Counted from the first letter of the stretch, positions 48,620 through 61,950 are shown. The stretch is 64,000 bases of DNA from Octopus bimaculoides (GCF_001194135.2 NC_069000.1:2362613-2426612), one strand, 5' to 3'. Numbers and translations are program-made. Notes: generated by a model from the letters alone, not told the origin.

Positions 48620-49010
48620 ATGGTGAACATGTTACCAAAATAAAACTTGAGATCATTGAAAAAATGTGTGGGGATGATAATAATTTTATTCTTTTCTTTA
48701 TATCACAGCATTTAACCATGGCATTCTGGTAAGAGATTGGCAATGGGTTCCTTGCAGGTACAAACAACAATACAGATAAACTATCACCCTGGGACACGCC
48801 TGTCGATCGTTTAATTGTGTTTGTAATAATAGGCGTTGCTTATTAGTTGCCAGTAATAACCGTATGGACCATGTTGTTGTCAGTCTTTCAATGACATTTG
48901 CTATAGCAACCAGGATTTTGGCAAGGTGTGTTTATCCTCTCAACCATGAATCGAATGCTTTCTTGTCGTCTAGACATAGTGTTAAAACGATTGTGGCGAT
49001 GTTATCAGTT
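48620..49010 (-). mobile_element. R4/Dong-type non-LTR retrotransposon RT fragment
   Basis: The minus strand reads LDDKKAFDSW, ANVIERLTTTWSI and GVSQGDSLSVLLFVPARNPL, then an HIF..DLKF-like segment. These match R4-clade RT motifs DYKKAFDS, GIFQGDSLS.LLF...NPL and HLFFVDDLKL. Confidence 0.75.
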
Positions 49011-49090
49011 ATCATCTATATATGTATAAGTACGTACATATACACGCACTCAGACAAAGACGCACACACATACACACATACACATAAATG

Positions 49091-49137
<47 letters not shown>

Positions 49138-49138
49138 C
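49091..49138. repeat. (TATC)n microsatellite
   Basis: Seen directly. Confidence 0.95.
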
Positions 49139-50706
49139 TATGCATGTATATATTCAGATGTATGTATGTATGTAGGTGTGTGTGTATGTGTGTGTTTGTG
49201 TGTCATTATACATACTCATACATAACCGAACCACGGATTATTCAGTTTGAGTAGTAATTTTGGGATTTTGTTACTATGCTATCAACCAAATTTGTCCCAA
49301 TTCTAATGGGTGTTTTGTTATGAAATCCTTTTAAATTGGTCTCCGAGGTTTTATGCTTGCAACATGAAATATTAAAAATTTGGAAGACAATTCATATATT
49401 AATTCTTTAAAAGAATATTAAAAAGTGAAACAGTATAACAGAATCTCACCTGAATGGTTAGTAAGAGTATTCATGAATTAATTGCTAGAATATCTTTTAA
49501 TTGCTGCATTAATATATAAAATAGAAATGGGGTTTTCAAAAAAGAAATAAACCACTATGGAGCGTTTTCATTTTCAGCAATTTAAAATGTTGATATTTCA
49601 TTTAATGATGTTTTAGAATTTTATGACAAATGCAAACGAAATATATTTATTCTTATCAAAAGCAATATATACATATATATAACACAGAAAAAAATATTTT
49701 TTATATTTTTAAAAGCCTATATTTTAAAACCATAGAAAAATAACTAGAAATATTCTAAATGTAATTCTAAGACTGTCTTTTATGATAATTTTATACTAAC
49801 ACAAAGGAAGAATTTTGATGTAGAGGTTTAAAAATCTCAGTTTGAAAGTCATAATATGAAAGTGAAATGGAAACATTAGTGAAACAATTATTAAATATTT
49901 ATCAGATGATCGGAATATATAAACAGTCAATATATTTATGAAAGGGTGACAAAAAGTTTATCAAAGTAACTAATGGGAGAGCTTCTTTGATTTCTATTTG
50001 TAAAATTAGACTAGTAAGCGGAAATGGCTAAGATATGTAAATGAGATTAATGTTTGCAAAAAAAAAAAACAAAAAAAAAAACAGAAAAACAAAAAAACGA
50101 AATCTTTTCAGCAATGCAACTGAGGCGTTTAACAAAATACGAAAAATGATTTCAATGAATGAGAACAATGACGAAAACATTCTCTTTGCGTACTTTGTTT
50201 AAAGATCCTGTAATATTTCGGGAAACATTTCCCTTTTCAAATAAAAGCAACAAATATGAGTTTATGCAAGAGATATAGTGACTACTTTAAAGGAGATCTG
50301 TATAAGGAGTGGTGGACTTGGCGTAAACATGATCTTGGAACTGTAACAAACTAATACTGGGATACATTACACGTTAAGGGCAAATAAGAACAGGTCTTAT
50401 GAAACAATATAATAATATTGCAATGAGCTAAAACACTTGCACCATAAAAGATACAGGAGAAGGTACCACATTGCTTTAGCCTACGGAGGCAGTGCTTTCG
50501 TCTCCGTGTATAAGTATGTACAAAATCATTCTTATTTTGTTTTAATTATATCTTAAGCTTAAGGTCCTTCATTTATTTCTGCCGATTTGCTTTAAATTAT
50601 ATCTCTTTTAAGTGTAAAATTTAGTTGATCCCTCCTCCTTTTATTATATAATAATTTCTATCATCGCAAATATACTGTTAACTCCTTTCTTAAAGTTCAT
50701 CGTAAC

Positions 50707-50750
<44 letters not shown>

Positions 50751-50761
50751 AGCATGTATAC

Positions 50762-50792
<31 letters not shown>

Positions 50793-51434
50793 CATGTATG
50801 TATGTATGTATGTGTGCATGTATGTATATATGTGCGTATACCGTCGCGAAGTTTTTCACAAAATATACAAATTATTGAATTGAAAGTTTGAACAGAATTT
50901 TTCGCATGTACTTTCACTTTCGCTAGTGATAACTTCGTATCCAAGATACATTATTTTGATTTATATGTTTTTATTTCGACTTACATTTAGTTTCTGCATG
51001 ATTATGATGGCTCAGTATGATATTTTTGTTTATTAATCAATGTTATTTTATTGGTAAATATTTTATTTCATGGTGCTGGAATTTTACGTTGTGTATCGAT
51101 TTTAATCTTTTAACTATTTCTATCTTCAATTTATGGCCGCCATATTAAAAAAAACTTGCAACTTTGTAGCTATCTACACTTAGATGTTTCCTATATTTAC
51201 TTACGTTCGTACTTTCATTATTGACTTTGTGGTTTATCTTTGGCTGGTGATTGGTGCTCGATATTCTGTACATTCGGTGTGGCTTCATTTTATAGTTTTC
51301 TACTTTATGCTTGTTTTCCTTGGGATAGATTTATTTTCATGATTTGTATCTTCAATATGTCATATTTTAAATGTTTTAATTTTCTTTATTTTTCTTTCCT
51401 CTCTTCTTTGCTTGATCAAATATATATGAAAGTT

Positions 51435-51770
51435 CACCGTACTGAAGACATTTGCTTTGCAACCAAATGGTTTCGGGTTCACACCCACTAGGCGGCTCCT
51501 TAACCAAATATTTTCTATCAAATCTCCGGACCTACCAATAACTTGTGAGTGAATTTGGTAGACGGAAACTGTACGGAAGCCTCTCGTGTGTATATATATT
51601 TGTGTGTGTTTGCGTTTCTCTTTGCTCATCGCTGCTCCTTAGACAGTGTTGCTTTATTTACGTTTTCGTATGTTAGCTGCAGCAAAGGTGTCCGACATAA
51701 TCAATACTGCTAGTGATTTGTTCGTCTAAACCCTTTCAGGTAGTCCCCTAGAATGCTCACTTTCCATTGC
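51435..51770 (+). mobile_element. Decayed SINE family A
   Basis: aaccaaatggtttcgggttcacaccca..acttgtgagtgaatttggtagacggaaactg. Confidence 0.7.
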
Positions 51771-52074
51771 CTTGCATAATAAGAAAATAGAAGAAACACT
51801 ATCTTAATTACACTATACCGACAAACAATATCTCATTTTTATAATAACTGGTACGCTGGTGTGTAGCAATCAGCCGAAATTAGACTTTTTGTTTTGAAAA
51901 GAAGGAAAGACCTATTGGATAATTTTCATCTGAACACTCTGGAAGGTCGTGGCTAAAATGCCTTCGTTTCTAGTTTTGTTTAATGATCAACTGGAAGATA
52001 AAAATATCACAGTTATGATGATTGACCGACAAACAGAAACTTTGATATGATTTTGCAACTTCAATTAAAAAAAA

Positions 52075-52138
52075 GTATATATATATACATATATATATAT
52101 ATAGATAGATAGATAGACATATAGATAGATAGTTTAGT

Positions 52139-52165
<27 letters not shown>
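52075..52165. repeat. (TA)n/(GATA)n microsatellite
   Basis: Seen directly. Confidence 0.93.
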
Positions 52166-52186
<21 letters not shown>

Positions 52187-53691
52187 ATAGTTTTATTACA
52201 ATTACCTTCACTTGTGCGTTGCCCAGTGTTAGGAAGAAAATATCTCCATTATATGAAGGCTAACATTGGACATTGTATTTCCCAGAATACTTTTTCAATC
52301 ATGTAAATCTAACTTCCTATAAAGCGTGTAAATCCTGTTTCTGCACTACAGTAGCTGTCAATCATTAGGTACTTATCTTTAAAAACGGCCAATTCTGTAA
52401 ATCGTATATAAATCTATATCAAATTTGCTCTCAATACTTCGTGATTCGAAATTCTGTAATGTCTTGTATATACTTTATCCTAATAATTCTCAATCCAAGT
52501 ATTCTAATATGTAATAAGCTCGTAGCTCTCAATCTTTTTCAGGCCTGTATAATATACCATATTCAGATAAAATATTGCTATAGATATAAAAATAACAATT
52601 TAAATTTCGTGTATGTCCAATATATTGAAATGTGTCACCAGAGTATACAAGTATCATAAAATATAAGTAAATATGTAGACAGAGGCATTCTAGTGACGAG
52701 TTAATCATCGGATTTGCGTGAATACTTCAACTGGTAATTTGTAAGCATAGCTAGGTAGGCATACAACAATGATAGAAAAACCAGGAAATAGTATGTCGTG
52801 GAATCGTAGTATAGTAGATCGGAAAACGACTACATATAATGGGGTGAGGTCTCACAAATGACACATCTACATGTATTTGGTGGCACTGTGATATTAAACG
52901 CCATAGTCAGATATGTGTTGATATCAAAGCCGTTGGTGTTGGTTCAATTCGATCCTCCTGTAAAGGCGTCAAATGCCCCTTTTCTCTAACTAACGTGTCT
53001 AATTTCACACCGAACTAGCATAGATATGGCTAACATTGCATACATATTTAAAATATCTTTCAGATACAAAGTATTCTTTATAAATATTTGAATTGAATAA
53101 TTCAGTAGACTGTTGCACTAGTTATCTACTGGAGGTGTTTATATTGATTTATCTGCATTTAGAATACAGAGAGAAAAAAACGAAAAAATCAAGAACACAA
53201 CTTAGTATGAAACGATCAATACCAGAAGATAAAATATTTTTAGAAAAAGCGTATTTATTTGACAGGTGTGATAGAGAGAAAATATCTATAAGGTATCACA
53301 ATTATTTTAATTATTTCAGTGGCCTTATCTTTATTTTGAGATTTCGCTGTACAACCAAACGCAGGTCTCTAAGTTTCAGATACATAGAAATGTATTTTTT
53401 TGTGTCTGCTCTATTAAACTGGAAGTGATTTGCATAATTTATGCAAATTGCCAAGCAGATGTTGTTTCATTTTATAGTATATATGCATATGTCCTAGAAT
53501 CTTTGTAATGTATCTGTCTGTATCTTTACTGAATTTATCCCACGACACAGTATTTCAAGATTGACTTCATTCTCTTTATCTCTGCTACCAGACACTTTTC
53601 AATTTTTTTTTTATATCTGTCAGCTCTTAACGACATTCTTTATTATCTGTTTGGGAACAGATAATATTATCCTGAAATACTCGATCCCAAG

Positions 53692-53757
53692 TTCTTCTTC
53701 TTCTTCTTCTTCTTCTTCTTCTTCTTCTTCTTCTTCTTCTTCTTCTTCTTCTTCTTT
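53692..53757. repeat. (TTC)n microsatellite at the 3' end of a Tx1-like LINE
   Basis: Seen directly. Confidence 0.96.
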
Positions 53758-54300
53758 CCTTATTGGCCACAAAGGCTGAACACAAAGACAATTAGGGATA
53801 ATAAAAAACGAAGGACTAGTGGTGTTTAAAATAGAAAAACGTGGAAACAATGAAAACAAAAACGGTTAACAAAAAAGAAAATTAAACAACAAAATTCCTC
53901 AATAGACGGGGGTTCCACCCAGGTCCAACCTGGGTACCCCACACATCCTGGTCACCCCGACTTCCAAGAGCACACTAATTAGGCACCCCTGTTCTTCTCA
54001 ACTGCTCCTACTTACAGACGAATATTCAGAGTAAGCCCATTCACTTGAGCCATTTTCGCAACATCCACTCACCTTTTAAAAAAACTTACTGGGGTGGCAG
54101 TACTTCTCTCTCTACCCTCACTTTTCTTTTTAAGTGGAACTTGAAAAAGTCAATGAGGGATCGCCCGAAGAAGAAAGTGTCTGTCTTCAGTCTTTTCCAC
54201 CTCGTGTACCACACTACTTCTTATGCTATGGCCATCAGACAGAGGAAAACTGCCTTTCCTTCCCGGCCAAACGAAGGCGACAGGCGATCATCACAATGAA
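53758..54300 (-). mobile_element. 5'-truncated L1/Tx1-clade LINE (ORF2 C-terminus plus 3' UTR)
   Basis: The minus strand reads FGREGKAVFLCLMAIA*EVVWYTRWKRLKTDTFFFGRSLIDFFKFHLKRKVRVERE, resembling the Tx1 ORF2 end (..AK..IW..R...F...L..R...ER). A GC-rich then T-rich UTR leads to a (GAA)n tail. Confidence 0.7.
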
Positions 54301-54394
54301 ATCGGCTGATAATCGTCCTACAACTAATTTAAGTCTATGCACACAAGAACACACACACACACACACACAGAGACCTATACATACACATGTGTGC

Positions 54395-54439
<45 letters not shown>

Positions 54440-54441
54440 TA

Positions 54442-54612
54442 TACGAAGGAGTGCTGAAAAGGGTATCTGCAAAAGCCTGGTTGGTGGCCCAAACTTCCAA
54501 TCTTTTGATAGGGTTTAGAAAAAAATACCCTGAAGAACACCTGAAATAAATGTGTCAATCCTCCTCTATTTTCTTTTACCTAAAGCTAGGAACGCTTCAG
54601 CACCCACTCGTA
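54442..54612. mobile_element. Mariner-derived MITE
   Basis: TAcgaaggagtgctgaaaag versus the reverse complement of the right end, TAcgagtgggtgctgaagcg. TA termini, 171 bp. Confidence 0.8.
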
Positions 54613-55546
54613 TATCTGTGTATATACAAATTTGCTATGCGCTAGTTAATATACACATTTGCTATGTACTTTGTCATTCAACACAAAGCAAAGAATGTAG
54701 TAAATTCGCTTGTACTTGGAGTCGAATACGACTACTTTATATATACAATGTACTTTAGCTACCTTCTGTCAATTTAAATTTCGTTTCTACTATTATTGAA
54801 TTATCCAGTATATTTACATTTTTTAAAACTTTCTTTCCAATTTGTAAATTCGATATCTTTTAATTAGTTCTACCGTCTTAAATTCATCTCGTCACGCGAA
54901 AAATTCTTTATCAATTCCTTTTATTAATTTTGCATCCACTTTCTGATTATGTGATTAATTCAATATATTTTATTTCATTTTTATGAATTTTACTATCAAG
55001 TGATTCCTAAAATTAAGAAACCTAACTAAAGAAATCTGTTATTAATTTTAACGAGAAAATAATCCGCTTAGAAGAAATATTAATATACTTTTTTAAGGAT
55101 AACCAATGATAATGATTGTGATCAAATAACGTGGAGAAAAATATTAGTTGCTTGGTCGATTTTGTTCACAACAAAGTTTCGAGTGAGTGCGTGAGAAAAA
55201 CCTTACTTTGATTTAATTCGTTACCAAAATATTCTAACTTGTATGTGCGTTAGAATATTTCATAACATTACCCATAAATTATGGTGCCATATGTTGGCAG
55301 AGAAGACGCACGGAAGAACTAAATACACCTGTAAGACGGTAAGCTACCAAATCGTTTAAGATACCTGACAAAATGAATAGAAGTATTTTATATTTCTTTA
55401 TATACGAAATACATATTGTTATTTTACACGTTTATGTATATTATAATGCATATATTATATACACCTTATATGACACGTATATTTTATATATATTTTCTAT
55501 GATACATATATATATAAATATATATAAATGTATGTACACACACATA

Positions 55547-55606
<60 letters not shown>

Positions 55607-55642
55607 CATCTATCTATCTATCTATCTATCTANNNNNNNNNN

Positions 55643-55684
<42 letters not shown>

Positions 55685-55685
55685 C

Positions 55686-55731
<46 letters not shown>
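55547..55731. repeat. (TATC)n microsatellite with a 10-N gap (55633-55642)
   Basis: Seen directly. Confidence 0.95.
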
Positions 55732-55732
<1 letters not shown>

Positions 55733-55815
55733 ACTACATGCATACATACATAGATGCATATGAAAGTATAAATAATATTTATACATAGATGTCTCTGTGT
55801 ATGTGTGTGTGTGTA

Positions 55816-55850
<35 letters not shown>

Positions 55851-55988
55851 ATTTCATGTTAGCGACTTCAGCAGCTCAAACTGTAAATTTAAAGATTAAA
55901 TACAATATGAGGAGTGCTAGGAAATCTGTGAGAAATGATTGAGATTATCTTTTTATATGACCCGATCTAAATACTTTGACACATAGCA

Positions 55989-56026
<38 letters not shown>

Positions 56027-56319
56027 GGAGTTTCGTAAATTTTATATGATATCCCATTTTGGATAATAAAAAAAATATTATCGATTGATGAAAGGAAAAT
56101 ATTTCAAGTTGAATATTTTGAAAAATTTAGTTGTATATTTATTGGAAAAGTGATGTAGATGCGATCAGTTTTGAAAATTAATTTTTGATGTTCGATGTGT
56201 AAATGTGGGTCACTCTCTGTCTCTGTTTGTCTTCTCCCTCTCTCTCTTTCCCACTCTTTCTGTATACGTATTATGTGTGTGTGTGTCTGTGTGCGCGCGC
56301 TAGTGTGTGTATCCATCTT

Positions 56320-56500
56320 TTATTTTTGACTTGTTAGACTCCGGCCATGCTGGGGCACCAACATGAAAAATTTGTAGTCGAATGAATCGATCCCTGTACT
56401 TTTGTTAATGCTAGACATTATTATCGGTCTTTTGGCGAGTTGCTAAGTGAAGAAGAGGTAAAGACACTATCAGCAGTTGTCAAGCGGTGATGGAGACACA
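56320..56500 (-). mobile_element. SINE family A-related 3' portion
   Basis: gactccggccatgctggggcacc..gtcgaatgaatcgatccctgtactt..atcggtcttttggcgagttgctaag. Confidence 0.75.
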
Positions 56501-56603
56501 GACAAAAAGACAGAGAGAGAGACACACACACTCAGACGTATACACATACACACAAACACACATACATACACACACACATACTCACACACATATACACCTC
56601 ACA

Positions 56604-56692
56604 CACCTTGGATAAGTGTCTTCGACTATAACCTGGGGCCTACCAAAGCCTTGCGAGTGGATTTGGTAGACGGAAACTGAAAGAAGCCCGTC

Positions 56693-56757
<65 letters not shown>

Positions 56758-56770
56758 AGTGTGTGTGTGT

Positions 56771-56813
<43 letters not shown>

Positions 56814-57012
56814 TGCGTTTGTCTCCCAGCATCGCTTGACAACCGATGCCGGTGTGTTTACGTCCCCACAACGTAGCGGTTCGGCAAACGAACCGACAGA
56901 TTAAGTATTAGGCTTACAAAGGATATGAACTGATGTCGATTTGTTCGACTAAAGGCGGTGCTCCAGCGTGGCCTCAGTCAATTGACTGAAACGAATAAAA
57001 AAATAAAAGAAT
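56604..57012 (+). mobile_element. SINE family A lacking its head, with an expanded internal (TA)n(TG)n
   Basis: caccttggataagtgtcttc..ggaaactgaaagaagcccgtcgta, the microsatellite, then atcgcttgacaaccgatgccggtg..ggcggtgctccagcgtggcc. Confidence 0.9.
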
Positions 57013-58194
57013 AAATCAAATATTACCTGACTTTATGGAACTTTTATTCCCCAATGGGAATCATCGCCTCGTGGGACACAACTTTGAACAATCAGCCAAG
57101 ATTTGATATGTAAAACTTATACACCAACTCTACGCAAAATTTCTAACCCTTTCCATCATCAAAGTGCGAACATTAAACATTAATGATGCTGATGATAATT
57201 TACTCAAAGAAAACCACAACACCTGAAATCCAATAGTTTCTTTTAATATATTGATTACACAATTACAGAAAATAATGAAATGCGTATACAGGTGTGCAAT
57301 CACGGCAATGTTTAATTAATTAACTGGAAAACTCGGAAATTGATTTTTCTCCCATCGTACGGTAAACAATGGAACAGAAAAATGCAGTGTATTGTGAATT
57401 ATAGTTATCGAAATGATAGTCTGCCCTGGTACTGTATATCGTAGCAGTTTCTGTTCCATTTACAAACTGGTTCGTATATATCTGCTTTCGAAAAGCTTCG
57501 TACGTAATCTTTCGATCTTGAAGCGGTAAAACCTGAGGCAAATAGCGTCTACTAAAATCTTTGATTAACCCGTCAATTTCAGGGAAGTTTTGTTGATAGA
57601 AACAAGAGCGGAAATATAACTGAAATACATACATACATGCATAGATGTATATATAAATACATACATACATTTATATATAGATATGTATGTATAAAGAGAG
57701 CGAGAAAATAAGAGACACAGAGAGAGGGAGAGAGAGAGAGAGAGGAGGAGTAAGACGAGATAGGAAGAAAGAGAGAGGGGGATAGAGATATTAAGGTATT
57801 TGTCCAAGTGGAGAAATAGGGAGAAATACATGGAAGACAATATACATTTCGGTCGCTTAGAAAAGATGCGTCGAAAACCATACACTGTATTTCACACAGA
57901 TACATGGTGATGACGTGATTGCTACATTAAACACTACATTAAAGGATGCTGTTATTCACAGAATGCTTTATATAGAATAAAAAATGAATTAAATAACTAA
58001 CAGAAACTGATTGTAAAATAAGGGATATTGTTTGCGCCTATATTTATCTTTTATAGAAACATAAAAAGATAAGTTTGGGGGAGTAAACGGCTCCTCATTA
58101 TCAGAGTGAATGTCAACTTTTCTATGGATCCTGGTTTAATGAACCGCAAAGTCGTTTAACCTGAGTATTGTACCTAGAACAAAACTTCCCTTTT

Positions 58195-58420
58195 ATTTTT
58201 TGATTGTTTGTCATTAGTCTGCGGTCATGCTGGAGCATTGCCTTGAATTTTTTTTTAATTGAAAGAATGGGTCTCAGTGATTAATATTATTTTCATCCAC
58301 GTACTTAATCTGTTGGTCGCTTTGGCCGAACTGCTAAATTATGTGAACGTAAAAAGACCAACACCAGTGGTCAAAGGGTGGCGATGGACAGCACACAAAG
58401 ACAGTATCGCGCACGCGCAT
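58195..58420 (-). mobile_element. SINE family A-related 3' portion
   Basis: gtctgcggtcatgctggagcattgcc..ttggtcgctttggccgaactgctaa..aacaccagtggtcaa. Confidence 0.75.
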
Positions 58421-60159
58421 TTGTGTATGTGTATTTTTGCGTGTGTGATGGAAGACTATAAATTGCAAAGTTTAGAAGAACAAGTGTTACATTCAGCATA
58501 TTTGTACAAGACTCTCGCGTACGCACACCATGCAGCGGCACAATGCTAAGATGCTAGAGGATAAAAAAGTTGTATAGCCTGCAAAAATCCTTGCAGAAGA
58601 TTAAGCAGTGAAGCCGTAATCATATAGCAAATATAAAGACGTAAAAATTGAACGTACATTATCATGTAACTACTGACATGAAAGCCTAACGGGAAATGTT
58701 TTGTGCATAATAAGCAAATAAACATGTAGCTGGCGGCTAAAACCCTAAGAGTAAAAAAAAAACTTTGAAGAAGAGCTGCTATGAATTCATCCATTATCTA
58801 AGAAACAACACAAATGCTATGATAATACATTCTTGAAAACATGACTGTGAAGCTCTAGAAACGTCAAATAAGAATTAAGGAAATTGTTACAAACTATCTG
58901 TATAACTAATAAAATTGTATAAATCATCTAAATGAAATTTGAAACCGATCACACACAAACATTTACAAATACGCACATGCACACATATGTATATGCATAC
59001 AAAGAGGGAGACGCACACACAAATACACATACGCATACACATGTATGTGCACTGGATTTACCTCCCACTAATTTTCTCGCAATCAAAGCAGAAAACTATT
59101 GTCGCTGTAAGCCCAGAGGACACATTAGCAAATATTCATCACTGTGGCTTCAAATAATACTTCATGACTGCACACAATATGATTTCAAACTGATATTTCA
59201 ATCACATGAGACAGCGTTGTTTAATCGTATAGAAACCCTGTTTGCTTGCAATTATTGAATTGCTCTCATCCCTCGGTACATATTTACAGTTACTTGAACA
59301 TACACAGACCTGACGTGTATGTTACTATAGACAGTCGTTTCTATTAACAATGGAACCCAAAACGAGCCCGTGGCTGTCTGTCAGATAGCTTCTCGTGAGG
59401 CCATCTGAGACTTGCATGAAAATCAGTGGCCGTTTCAGAGTAAAACAATTAAATTTATTTAAGTTCCTAAACAAGAAAATACAGTTGGAAATTTGAACAA
59501 TTGCTCCTTGATTAAACAACAGAAATAGGCGTATTTAACAATATTTACGCAGTGACGATGGTTTCATAAAGCGGCAAAGAATCCAAATAAGCTGAGAAGG
59601 ATCCACACATATTCCAGTAAATCACTGAATTCCTACAGGGAAAAATGCTTCTCTTTCATTCTGTTAAAATTAAATTTCTGCTGCATTAATTTGGTTATTA
59701 TTATCTATTTATTAGAATTATGGAAATATCAGTAAGTATACATGATTAAGAAGTTACATTTTTATGCTAAATGCACGTAGGCTTTGGTGAATGTGTTTAC
59801 TAGTTCAATATATATACTTTGTTTTAATGCTTCCAACCATTGAACTTTTCAAACTAGAGAACGGAAATTTGAAGGGTTTCTTCAGACGATTCTACACCCC
59901 TAAAAAGGGTTTGTGTCTCCAAATTCCATTTTCAGGCTTTAGGTTTTCTTGTAGAGGTAGGGGTGGTCTATATGGTCTGTATGTGTTGTTTTGTCTGTGG
60001 CAGTTGTTTTATTCCCATCTCCTGTGTTTGTTGGGCCAATGTCCATTCCTGGGTTTCAGGTTTCCTTGGAGGTGGGTGAATGTTTGTATTGTTTTGATAG
60101 TGATGGCTGTTTTCTATCCATCTTGTAAATTTGTGGGGCCGCATGGGGTTGGAAAACAA

Positions 60160-60283
60160 CCAAAGAAAATTTAAGAGTGGACACATATTCAAAGCAAATG
60201 CAAACATGAATTGCAAGACACAAAACGTAATATATTGCATAACCTGTCCCACATGCAAGGAGAACTGTATAGGTGAAACTGGC
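60160..60283 (+). mobile_element. Penelope-like element GIY-YIG endonuclease fragment
   Basis: KFKSGHIFKANANMNCKTQNVIYCITCPTCKENCIGETG contains the PLE signature C.S.NVIY.I.C..C...YIGET. Confidence 0.88.
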
Positions 60284-60285
60284 AA

Positions 60286-60364
60286 GATCCCTGTCTGGGA
60301 ATCGAAACCGCGATCCCACGACCGCAAGTCCCCTGTCCTAAACACTGGGCCATTGCGCCTTCAC
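60286..60364 (-). mobile_element. Isolated tRNA-derived SINE head
   Basis: The minus strand reads tgtgaaggcgcaatggcccagtgtttaggacaggggacttgcggtcgtgggatcgcggtttcgattccc (A- and B-box-like). Confidence 0.8.
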
Positions 60365-61689
60365 AGCAATAAATATTAGATGTCGTTGAAGGAAAGTTAT
60401 CAGGCATTGGTATAGTATCATATGTAGCGTCGTAGAAAGAGAATTAGCTCTGTCTTAGCATACTTATAGTCTCGCACTCTAGCGCACCTATTTATACCGA
60501 TCTGGTGGCCGATGTGGGCAACCGGTGAATATAATAAGCATTTCATTTCTGATTAAGGGTGAAAAACTTTCCAGTTGCCTTTCTTATTTCTGGTGGTTTG
60601 GAAAACAGAAAAATTCTAAATGAATTCATTGATCAGCAGAAGGCTTTCGGAGATAACTATGATATTCTAACTCTACTTTGTCTCAAGCAAGGATTATTTC
60701 GCGACACAAAACTGCAACGGAAAGCTCTTATAGATACTATTGAAAAACGTCTTGCTTTTATTTTTACCAATGCTGAATTATCAACGCCAGGAGGCAGACT
60801 TTGAAAATGGTCATATATTGTCTACTAATATCGGTGGCGGAATATAATTTCGGGAAATTGCAACAATGGGTAAGTTGTTTTATATCCTGGAGGCTACAAA
60901 ATTATTTAGCGATAGAAACATTTGAATCTTCGTTACATTTCTTCTTTCTCCCTTCTTTTATTTTCTTCTAAAAATTTTAGTTGTTTTTAGTTTATTCTTT
61001 TAGTATTCGGTTTATTATGCAGCTTCCGCACAGTCTATCACGGATTACTAGCTTTACACGGATGTTTAAACTAATTAAATAATTAAATAAATAGCTATAA
61101 AAAATATAACAAAATATTAAATTGAATTAACTAAGTATGCATATACAAAGAGATTTATAGAGAGGGTGGGAGGAGGACTTATAGAGGATTATAGAAACAT
61201 TATTACTAATGCCATCAAAAGATCTAATCAACATACATCATAGAAAGAACGCAGGATAATTATCTGAGAAGATAATATAATTTGAAATCAGGATAATTGC
61301 AGTTACAGAGAATTTAGCAACAACTCTACACCCACAATACACAATTACCATACCTAATTAAGGAATAATTATAATTGTTCATTTAATTAACAATATTAAT
61401 AGCAATATTAATAATGCTAATAATGACATGAAATAAATTAATAATGTGAAAGGATAATGTGTTAATATGCAGTCACATTAGGAAAGTTAAATTGGATAGA
61501 CAACACAAAATTGAGATGACAGAAAAGAAGATTCTAGGACAAAAAACTCCCGCTCTTCCGGTGTGTGCATACTATATGGCGTTCGTAACCGATGAAGTGC
61601 TGCTGCTGCTGCTGCTACTACTACTACTACTACTAATGGTAAGGATATCGGTATTGAAATTTGGATTAAAATGTGTGGTATACTCTCAA

Positions 61690-61950
61690 AAATGATAATG
61701 CATAGATCTTGTGGGATTTTATGATTCGGTGCGACCATGAGATAAAGATTAGGAAGCCAGACATAGTCTTAATTGAGAAAGAAAGCAAACTATGCTGGAT
61801 CATAGATATAGCATGCCCAGCTGACAACAAAGAAAGAAAAGTCGATAGATAAGACAGGTTAGCTTGGGAGGTTAAGGAATTGTGGTCGATGAAAAAGGTG
61901 GTAGTAGTACCAATAATTGTCGGAGCCCTGAGAAGAGTGAGTAAAAAGGA
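61690..61950 (+). mobile_element. R4/Dong-type retrotransposon restriction-like endonuclease domain fragment
   Basis: NDNA*ILWDFMIRCDHEIKIRKPDIVLIEKESKLCWIIDIACPAD...LAWEVKELWSMKKVVVVPIIVGAL contains the RLE signature R(K)PD..D and PI.VGALG. Confidence 0.88.

Noticed and set aside
50290-50400. IRSGGLG motif resembling a post-RT GGLG
   Set aside because: Isolated motif with no supporting RT sequence.
57320-57620. About 100-codon minus-strand ORF with a plausible acceptor and donor
   Set aside because: No recognisable motif. With a stop probability of roughly 7% per codon at this AT content (my estimate), several ORFs of this size are expected by chance across six frames.
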